From Ginkgo biloba (lineage: Eukaryota; Plantae; Ginkgophyta), in contig JANKJI020000004.1 of the NCBI GenBank assembly GCA_024626585.2, positions 5,617,397 through 5,636,916 of the forward strand: a DNA stretch of 19,520 nt, read 5' to 3'. The notes beneath the pieces were generated by a model. It was not told the origin of the DNA, searched no databases, and saw only the letters and a program-made list of their open reading frames with translations. The translations under genes were made by a program, and so were the position numbers. This document shows positions 10,760-19,520 of this stretch, piece by piece (the first letter of the stretch is position 1; each line of letters opens with the position of its first letter).

Positions 10760-11873
10760 CTTTCTATTCTTTAGCATTGTGGATATTCTAAGTACAAGTC
10801 AACACCTAAGGCCAAGTGGATAGCGTATTGCATAGAAAAGTCCAAGGGAGGAGTAGCAGTTCTTGACTTGAGAGCTTAAGGTCTTGCCTAAGCATATAAA
10901 TGGCTTATAAGAAGTTGCAAGAGTCAAGGTATTTGGCAAGAGCCTTTAAGGATTTTAGATCTCTTTATATATGGTTTGAAATATTAGGAAGGATTGTTAA
11001 AAGAATAGACCCTTATAGCTATGGTATGTTTCAAGGAAAAGGTTTTCTAGTTTTTCATGTTATATGAAAAGTCTTGGAGAGTGTAAGAAGATTTTTAAGA
11101 TCAAAGGGTGTTGATCACAAGAAAGGTTTTTCTTCAACAAACACTTCTTTATGGTGGATTCAACAAATCTAGTAGAATCAAAAATCATTTACATTATCAT
11201 TTCCAAAACAATTAAGATTGTGGTTTAACAAAGGGATGTCAATAGTCTAACAATTACGGAGCATGCAATCTTGAAATTAACACTCATGGATAGAACTAAG
11301 AGATGTCTGGGGGTTGCCTAGTTCCCATGGGCCTCTTTTTTATAAGTTGATGAATTCCATTCCTTAATATATTCAAGCCAAGGCTTACCTTGACTATGTT
11401 CATTCATGGAGGAATAATTGGAATTAGGTCCCTGAAACCCTTTTCTTACATTACACTATGAAGAAAATTCCATGTCTTCTACAGCCATACGAGGACATTC
11501 AAGAGCATTGTAGTAAACTTTGCAGAAGCTTAGATCCTCTTTAAGTCTAGAAGGCAATATTAAACCTCATTTGGCATATTAACTTGGAGGAAAAAAAATA
11601 ATCAATGTCATGGTTGTTGATTCACAATGGTCTTATAAGATCTAGATTAAGTAACTTAAGAATCGCCCAACCTTGCCCATTTTCTTCAAATCAAGAAACA
11701 TATTTGCACCTATTTTAGAGTTGTAGAAGAGTGCATCGCTTATGCCATAAGATTCAAAAAATGTGTGAAGGTTGGTTTTTCCAACCACTTCAATGCAATA
11801 TGGCCATCTTAGATGATAAATATGCTTTAAATTCCAATTTCATTTACACTTGGCATATGCTTAGAGAAAAAAT
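10760..11873 (+). mobile_element. L1-clade LINE ORF2 fragment: post-RT region and zf-RVT (pseudogenised)
   Basis: PKAKWIAYCIEKSKGGVAVLDLRA*GLA*AYKWLIR from 10805 (cf. V.W...C.PK..GGLG..DL......AL..KW); WLLIHNGLIRSRL...PCPFSSNQETYLHLF*SC from 11611 (cf. zf-RVT W......L.T..RL...C..C...ET..HLFW.C). Confidence 0.88.
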
Positions 11874-11973
11874 NNNNNNNNNNNNNNNNNNNNNNNNNNN
11901 NNNNNNNNNNNNNNNNNNNNNNNNNNNNNNNNNNNNNNNNNNNNNNNNNNNNNNNNNNNNNNNNNNNNNNNNN

Positions 11974-12717
11974 AACTCTTTCCCCATGCATATCCAAAAA
12001 TAGTTGTTAATGGGAAATAGTCAAAGTGTATTAGCTTACAATAGTCAATAAGATAAGGGTGCCCCTTAGCATCCCTACTTTATATCATTTCAGTGGATGC
12101 CTTAGGCTACTTAATTAAAAGAGCCCAACAACAACATTGCCTAAAAATAATTTTACTCATTTTATCTCAAAACCAACTATTATAAAAATAGTTTGCCAAT
12201 GATACAAACATCATAGCATCGACTTAAAAAAATAATAAGGATTGTATTCTAAAACAACTTGACATATTATGTGAAGCATCAAGCTAATCCATCTCTCTAC
12301 ATAAGTCTATTTACTATTGGAGGGGTATAAATGAGGTGTTGAATTAGGTCAAAGAATATAGATGGAAGATTATTACCAATGGAAAAGTATTTGAATTCCT
12401 CGGCATTCTACTTAGGTTCAATTTATTAGGTAGGAAAATGTGGGAATTTACTATTAATAGGATTAAAAAAAACTTACTTATTGCAATGTTAAAGATTTAT
12501 CCCTGGACATGAAGATTCAAATAACAAGCAAGGTTCTTACCCTATTTTATGTGTATTTTTCGTCTTTCCTCCTTGCTTCAAATGTAGTATATAAGACTTT
12601 ACAACTCTATTAATAAACTACTTATAGAGTGGCTTGTCCTATGGAAAGGCATTGCCCAAGGTCAATTGGATTGTCTATTGTATTGGCAAAGATGAGGGAG
12701 GGATTGGCATAACTAAC
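11974..12717 (+). mobile_element. L1-clade LINE ORF2 fragment: reverse transcriptase core and thumb (pseudogenised)
   Basis: IVVNG...SIR*GCPLASLLYIISVDALGYL (12045; cf. SIRQGCPLAP), *FANDTN (12192; cf. QFADDT), FEFLGI (cf. FKYLGI), YL*SG, LPKVNWIVYCIGKDEGGIGI (12652-12711). Confidence 0.92.
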
Positions 12718-13354
12718 AGTTTTAGTTTTTTGGGGGAAATGTTTCTAAATTCTATTAATAAAATAGATAGTAATATTTATAATTGTTGAGGAGAATCCTC
12801 AAAATAGATACAAATATACAAAATTGGTGTTCATCCAAAATCACAACATCAAACGAACAATATACATTTAGGACATGCATACTTACATAGCATCAAGAGG
12901 GCATTGACGCCCACTATCAAAATGCAAAAATTGTCTCTCCCCCTCATAAGTTATATTCTTTAATATGGATCACTCTCGAACTACCTACACCTGAGGCTCT
13001 CGACAAAGTTGCTACCCCATCTATCCCCCACCACTGACCCTCCAACTTACTAGTAGAGTCATGTGTAATGGTCCATGCGTTGATAGTAGGTTGGTACAAC
13101 GTGTTGGATTTTTTTACCAATCATTTCCTATGATTCCCCCACCTACACACCGAAGAGATGGTTTTGCTTGGAAACCTCTACCATATAATTGCCATTTGCT
13201 TCCTTCAAATTTGTAATCCAAAGTGTGTGCTTCAACTAATACATGTAACTATAATTGGATAGTGCGACAAAAAATAAATAAGGCCTAAGAGGGAACATCA
13301 TAATTAGCAACAAATGCAAAAAACATAAGCTCAATCCTCAATTTCCAAATTATC

Positions 13355-13973
13355 CATTATTTGAGGAAAGAAGTTGTCCAAGAAGAAACTCAAGGGAAGA
13401 GTTTTCTCTTGTAACTAGGATGAGCCTAGGGGACAAAACATTCTAGTTGGACCGACTGAGACACACAACTTTTTTGTTCCATTGGTAGGCAAGCATCCAC
13501 AAGAGCTGGAGGAAGGCCATGGCACCAGGGACTTTCTGCAAACATTGAACAGAAATAAATGACTCCCTTCAAAAGAAGTTGAGTCATACTAACCTAGGAG
13601 GATGTAAAGGCTAGATCTCAATTAGTTACCCTTAGGAAAGGAGGATCCAATTAATAATAATGACTAATGAAGGAAAGTGTTTATATGTTGCAAGATATAT
13701 TGTTAGTTGAGTGACCCATGTGGAGAAATTATATAGTCTTGGCTCATTTTTTTTTGAATGAATATGAGCTCCACTTAGGGGTGGCATAGTAACTATACCT
13801 TTTTGTCTTATGTAGATAATTGTTCTTCTATACTATGTAAAGAGTCAACTATATTTTTTTAAGACATGTCCTAAATTATTGATACGTACTCTATATTTTT
13901 TGTAATATAAAAGAACCATTTTAACAAGAAATAAATCAACCCTCTCCTACCTTTCCCTATATTTTCTTATACA
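13355..13973 (+). mobile_element. Possible gypsy 3' end: decayed chromodomain-like sequence, PPT and ~370-bp LTR
   Basis: 13380-13452 loosely resembles KKTRGK...SW chromodomain text. aggagga purine tract is followed by TGTAA at 13603, and the stretch ends ...ttataCA at 13973 after an AATAAA and a pyrimidine tract. No second LTR or TSD to confirm. Confidence 0.3.
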
Positions 13974-15000
13974 TGGAAATTTATATGAGATGGTATCCTT
14001 AGACCTCCACCGTACTAACACCTAGGCATTAAGTGCCCATCCCTCCTACTAATTGAAATTTTCTCCCCTTACACCAAATCCCACTTATGAATTCAATATG
14101 GTGTTTAAAAACCTACCTCTCCCTTATAATGCTCCTCTCAAAAATTCACAAAGGGTTGAATAAAGGTGGACAAATAATAATAAGGGGAGAGTCTTAATAA
14201 TAGAACTAATACTTTTAGTCCAACCATAATTATAAGAGGAGAAAATTGTTGTGAATCAAGTATCCATTTAGAAGAATATTGTAGAATTATACAAAGGGGT
14301 AATGAATATTTAAGTAAATGAGTCATTGAATCATATTAAGCACTTTGCCAAATTAAGGGACAAATGCTCTCTCTTGATGACTAAAATGTTCAAATAGTAG
14401 AACTAGATTATAACAAATAAATTATTCAAAAAAAGATAGCATATCTAAAAAATAAATCCTTATCTTCTTAATCAATGAAATCATCCAACCTCACTTATAT
14501 TTATTCATTACAAGATCAATAATCTAAAGATAATTCAACTTTTTCCTTCGTATTTGCATTAGACTTAGATTTTTATTTTTATTTTTTTAAAACTAAAACC
14601 TATTGTTGGAAAGTATGACATAATAATCCTTTTACCAACAAGGTTAAATAATGCACATTTCACTCTTTACATTAAAGAGTGTTAAACCACATATAATGAC
14701 ACTATAGAACAAATAATTTATGAAAAAGATTTGAAAAATGCAATTATAGATTTCTTCCTCTTATCACATCTCTAAATAAGGAGTGCCCATGTGATTATAT
14801 TACTTCCTTATTAATGCATTTCTACCTCTTTCCTTCTTTATTTTCTTTGAATATTTTAATATTACAAGACATTAGTTTATAAATATTACTAGGTCAAACC
14901 NNNNNNNNNNNNNNNNNNNNNNNNNNNNNNNNNNNNNNNNNNNNNNNNNNNNNNNNNNNNNNNNNNNNNNNNNNNNNNNNNNNNNNNNNNNNNNNNNNNN

Positions 15001-16391
15001 GAAACCACGTAATAATGCTTTCTATATTCTTGAGGGTTACTTAGGGGCCAGAAAGACAAAGCATCTATAAATAGGTAATGCTTGGAGAACAAATCTAATA
15101 AGGACAATTGTACCCATGTTGTACAACCATTTTTTGGTCCATTGATTCAATTTCCTCTAAAACTTATTGAGGAGGTTGTCCAATGGTCCATCCCTATCCT
15201 TCTTGCATTGATGGAAAGCCCCAAATACTAAAATATTTTTGTGTCTCATGCTCAATATTTAAAGATTATTGTGATCTCCTCCTTGTTTGGAACTTCTCCA
15301 AAATAATAGACTTATGATTTGAGAAGACCTATCAACAATCCTAAGGCAAAGTAGAAAGTGGAAAGGCTACTTTGAATAGTGTTGATCTCTTCCAAGTCTA
15401 GTTTTTTCATGACCATAATGTCATTGAAAAAGAGCTTATGGGTGAGAAGGTGAATATTACTACTTATTTGTATTCCACTCAAGTGATTAGCAATTGGTTG
15501 AAGATATAGATGAATAAAGAACTCTTCCATAGCCAAAATGAGTAGAGGAGTTAGAGAGCGACCTTGCCTTAAGCCCCTTTTATTCTAAAATGATTTAGTC
15601 AATTCTCCATTGATTAGAATTGAACTATAAACTATTTCTATGGATCCTCTAACCTAATTAACTACCTTTGTTAGGAATCCAGTTTTCCCTATTAGGGATA
15701 AAAGGTAATTCCAATCCACTCTGTTGTAGGATTTATCCATGTCCAACCTAATGAATACCATTCCTTTCATTGTCTTCTCTAAGGAGTGAATGCCTTGTTA
15801 GACTACTATGATGATGTTTAACATATTCCTGCATTTTATAAAGTCATTTTGGTTTGACAATATTAATTTTTATGGAGTCGATTGAATCTGAAGAGTAAAT
15901 AGCTTAGCCATAATTTTGTGTGATGTGTTCTAGAGTGAAATTAGTCTCTAATAACTAAGAGTCAATGGGTTATCCTTTTTTGAGAGAAATAAAATAAATG
16001 TAGAATTAATGGAGGGATGAAATAAGCCCCTTCCAAGGATTTCATTGACTAGATTCAAAAGTTTCTCTTTTGAAACATCACTTTAGTGTTTATTGTATTT
16101 ATCTGCAAGACCATATGAATCTAGTGTATTTCTATCTTTCAAGGTGTGTAAGACCAAGTATAATTATTCCTCTCTAGTCCTATTAGTCTTATAGTTCTAA
16201 TGAGGTTCACTTTTCTTTTGTAACCCTAATATAAAATCAAATATGTCATATCTTTTGTTAGGGATGATAGATGGGATTTGAAGAAGTTAGTTATTTCCTA
16301 TCTGATTTGATCACTACTCTCTACTACTAACCCATTAATCTAATTAGACTTTGGAGATATTTCTTACTCCTATTGGTGTTCAACTAAATGT
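15001..16391 (-). mobile_element. L1-clade LINE ORF2 reverse transcriptase fragment, minus strand (pseudogenised)
   Basis: Reverse translation in canonical order: INSTFILFLSKKDNP, Y*RLISL*NTSHKIMAK (cf. YRPISLCN..YKII.K), RLDMDKSYNRVDWNY (15705-15749; cf. KLDM.KAYDRVDW), RGLRQGRSLTPL (15543-15578; cf. RGLRQGDPLSP), THKLFFND (cf. SHLLFADD), YLGL, VLIRFVLQALPIY. Confidence 0.93.
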
Positions 16392-16491
16392 NNNNNNNNN
16401 NNNNNNNNNNNNNNNNNNNNNNNNNNNNNNNNNNNNNNNNNNNNNNNNNNNNNNNNNNNNNNNNNNNNNNNNNNNNNNNNNNNNNNNNNNN

Positions 16492-17263
16492 TTTTGAGGG
16501 TGACGAATGGGTTATGTCATTTGGTGATGACCGACAATTGCCAATGGAAGACAACAATGACGAGAGAGAGAAATGACGGTTGGGCGATAGTGTAGAGTCC
16601 ACAAACGACAACGAAAGGAGGCTGACAAGAGATCGACGGGGATGACGGTGATCTACATGAAGGAAGAAATAGGGAAAAGACTACCCGTGATAGTTGATGA
16701 CAAACAACGATTGAGCAAAGACTTGGCAAAGGTCAAAGCCGTGTTGNNNNNNNNNNNCACTTGGAAAATTAATGGATGGTAGGTGAGCACCTACTGATAG
16801 GAATTGCTGATAGCCATTAATTTTCACCCACCAAATTTTGAAGCCGGAGATTTTGGCGTGAGAGAACCTTCTGGAAGGGGAGAACATTCTAGAAGAAGTG
16901 AGGGACGGTGGAGAGACTAAGGAGTTTAGGAGGAGGAAAAGAGAGAGAGACTGAGGAGTTCAAGGGAAAGATTGTTGCTACAGGGAGTAGAGCAGAAAGA
17001 AAGAAGAGAACAAAAGGCCGAGACAAGAGCAATGTTCCCAAAGTGAATGTAGTGTAAACTTCCACAGAACGGAAGTAGTGTACTAGCTTTGTAATTGTAA
17101 CCCCTTTCGGGAATAGTAATGAAAGATATTCTTGTATTTTTAAGCATTTAATCTATGTGTGGATTAACTCTCCTCTCATTATCCATTATCGTGGAGTTGC
17201 TTCACATGTGCACACACTTGTAAGAACATTGTGGGTCACACTGAGCTCTTCCTCTCTACATCA
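16492..17263 (+). repeat. Putative 5' LTR (5' end lost in gap)
   Basis: Non-coding, GAC-rich then GA-rich; ends in CA two bases before a PBS. Confidence 0.7.
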
Positions 17264-17265
17264 TA

Positions 17266-17277
17266 TAGTATCAGAAC
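17266..17277 (+). other. Primer-binding site for tRNA-iMet (decayed)
   Basis: tagtatcagaac versus canonical TGGTATCAGAGC (two G>A changes). Confidence 0.75.
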
Positions 17278-17527
17278 ATCCACTATTATGCACCTGCTAC
17301 ATCATCTAATATCATAGTGTTGATCGTTATGCACTATTGCATCATCTAGTATCTTTTCAGCAAGGATTACTAAAAAGAGCCAAAGATTGGCTACGAAGGT
17401 ACTTGGAGCCATGGAGAATGTGGAGCATTATGGCATAGAAAGCATTGGGGTTGGGCTCGTTGTAGAAGTGTTGAGGAGCACTGATGAAGTCTTGCTAAAA
17501 TTTTTTATTATAGTAAGGATTTAAAGA

Positions 17528-17720
17528 ATGGCATCGAGAGTAGAAAGAGGAAGAAGAGATCCAACTAGTGGGGAGATTGAATCCTTAAGGAGGCAAATTG
17601 AAGAGTTATAAAATGAGCAACAAAGACATAGACCCAAAAGTGACTATGAATTAGAACTAGAGGTAGAGGGAGGAGAATGAGAAGAACAGAGAGAGGATCT
17701 AGATGTGTTATTTAGGAACA
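17528..17720 (+). pseudogene. gag N-terminal segment
   Basis: MASRVERGRRDPTSGEIESLRRQIEEL*NEQQRHRPKSDYELELEVEGGE*EEQREDLDVLFRN: basic start, coiled coil and acidic tract, located downstream of the PBS. Confidence 0.6.
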
Positions 17721-17729
17721 TGAACTTAT

Positions 17730-18189
17730 CTCTAATACCACTTGTAGTGTTCCTATCATCTTACACTCACAAAAAGTTTCTCTAAATGATGTAAAATATA
17801 AATTTATAGAAGAATGAAAAAAATATATATGTAATTTATCTAATATCCATGTCACAAATCAATAATAATGCAATGTAGATATCAAGAATCATAATGGGGC
17901 TTACTTAAGCCCCATAAATCACAAAGGGACTCACCTCACTCCAAGATATCAAAGAGTAGAAATATGTTAAATTAGGATCAAGATCAAAGTTTAGTTATAT
18001 GTTAGGAGTGAATCTAGGTTGTTTTTATGTACTCAAAATAGTCTTTGTTAGCCTTAATTCTATCTTACATTCTAGTGTCATATCTTCTTATAAACATAAC
18101 CTACCACATTTATTTTAACTAAGAAATATAACTAATCATAGTTATATCATAATTAACATAAGTACTTGTAGTGGTTAGGGGAGATAACA
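17730..18189 (-). mobile_element. Antisense LTR (~447 bp, 17743-18189) with its PBS, from a different element
   Basis: Minus strand reads TGTTATCTCCCC...GGAACACTACA, then AG, then TGGTATTAGAG (iMet PBS with one mismatch, 17730-17740). Confidence 0.65.
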
Positions 18190-18493
18190 TTTTAGTAAAA
18201 ATTTAGTTTTGTATAACTATAAACCTTCTTTCCCCTTAAAGAACAATCAAAATAAGATTTAGAAAGATATCCAAGAGAGCTATGGAAGGTTGATATCAAG
18301 TTTGGAAGGGTCTTAAAAGGTAATTTGGGTATAGAGGGAGAAGGCAGTTATATCATTTTGAAAAAGTAAAGTAAGGTGTTATTGTTTGAAAAANNNNNNN
18401 NNNNNNNNNNNNNNNNNNNNNNNNNNNNNNNNNNNNNNNNNNNNNNNNNNNNNNNNNNNNNNNNNNNNNNNNNNNNNNNNNNNNNNNNNNNNN

Positions 18494-19310
18494 GCCATGG
18501 AGAAGTAAAATTTGCATGCACCAAGTTGAAGGGACATGTATCTCTATGGTGGATAAAAGGAGAGGATATAGAAAGACAAGGAGAAGGTTTGAACATGGAA
18601 CAAGATGGTGGCTAAACTCAAAGGAAAATTCATACCCATGGACTACATATAGAGGTTGTTCCAAGAATTTTAGAATGAGGTAAAATAAAAAAAAGTGTAC
18701 ATGGGTACATTAATGAATTCTACAAGTTGTCCATTAGGAGTGGACTTAACAAAGGAGAAGAGCAGTTGACGGTAAGATATGTGAATTTTTTTAACTTTTC
18801 CATTGAAGACAATATTGCCATGCATTGGATGATGATTGATGGAAGAGGAAAAGTAATTGGTTCTTAATGTTGAGGAGAAATTGACCAGGATCACGAGGAA
18901 AAGACTAGTTGCAAGAGGAACAAAATATTTAATCTAGAAGTGGTGAGGAGATGCCAAGACTTGGAGTGGAGAATGAAATTCTAGGAGTGAAATAACAATA
19001 GGGTACAAACATGATACGTAGACAAGAACAAGAGGATAAGTTAATACTCAGCGAACGAGGGGGTAGAGTGAGTTTGTTCATAAGAGAGGTAAAGGATTTG
19101 GCAGAGGATTTCATGCACCCAAAAGATCGACAATATGTTATAGTTGTGGCATAAAAGGCCATAGAGATTTTGAGTATCTGATAAGAACCAAGGAAACACA
19201 GAGATGGGAGGAGTCAAAGGTGAGCCTAGTCCAAGAAGAAGATAAAATAGAGCATGTGGCAATAGAGAAATCAGAGAGTCTACTAGCAAAGAGAATGATG
19301 TTGGCATCTA
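18494..19310 (+). pseudogene. Retrotransposon gag core and CCHC zinc knuckle (CRM-like, pseudogenised)
   Basis: VKFACTKLKGHVSLWW, TWNKMVAKLKGKFIPMDY, YINEFYKLSIRSG, RYVN, RG-rich tract, CYSCGIKGHRDFEY (19136-19177; last C>Y), ESLLAKRMML (cf. GESLV.RR.L at the gag-protease boundary). Confidence 0.9.
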
Positions 19311-19520
19311 GAGACATAAAATCGGGCGATCGACCGAGTGGACTGACAAATGACAAAAGGCTATCGACAAACGAGGAAAGTAGGTTAACAAACAACCAAA
19401 GGTTATCAAAGAGCAAACAAACAAACAATTGTAGGATATTGAGGAGAAATGCTACGATGAATGACAGAAGACATGATTGGAAGATGAGGTAAGTAACAAA
19501 CTGACAACCAACAAGCGCTG

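Larger units (their letters stand above)
16492..19520 (+). mobile_element. Ty3/gypsy LTR retrotransposon with CRM-like gag (LTR-PBS-gag), interrupted and lacking pol in this window
   Basis: LTR-like block ending ...ctacatCA (17263), iMet PBS, 5' UTR, gag start at 17528, gag core after the gap, Zn knuckle, then sequence resembling 16500-16750. Contiguity across the 18394-18493 gap is assumed. Confidence 0.8.

Noticed and set aside
18670-19428. Several overlapping minus-strand ORFs
   Set aside because: Antisense shadows of purine-rich gag sequence.
19462-19481. tgacagaaga matches the 5' end of miR156/157
   Set aside because: Only 10 nt match, it lies within retroelement sequence and no hairpin is seen.

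Overview
Eukaryotic, AT-rich and strongly CpG-depleted sequence from a fragmented assembly (eight 100-N gaps and five short N runs). It looks like a plant intergenic/intronic transposon graveyard. The retroelement motif styles resemble gymnosperm-type families, but that is inference only. I found no intact host gene, RNA gene or prokaryotic system; the supplied ORFs are chance ORFs, gap artefacts or pieces of dead TE frames. Contents: (1) a chromoviral Ty3/gypsy pseudo-element (1-1785) with gag, protease and chromodomain but RT/RNaseH/integrase core removed by an apparently in-frame deletion; (2) a CpG-retaining, motif-rich island at ~4.1-5.4 kb, the best candidate for functional non-TE DNA; (3) a probable very decayed hAT transposase; (4) three L1-type LINE ORF2 fragments (two +, one -); (5) a CRM-like gypsy element (LTR, PBS, gag) interrupted by an antisense LTR+PBS, whose gag runs directly into LTR-like sequence without pol. 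I see no convincing evidence of a new biological system.
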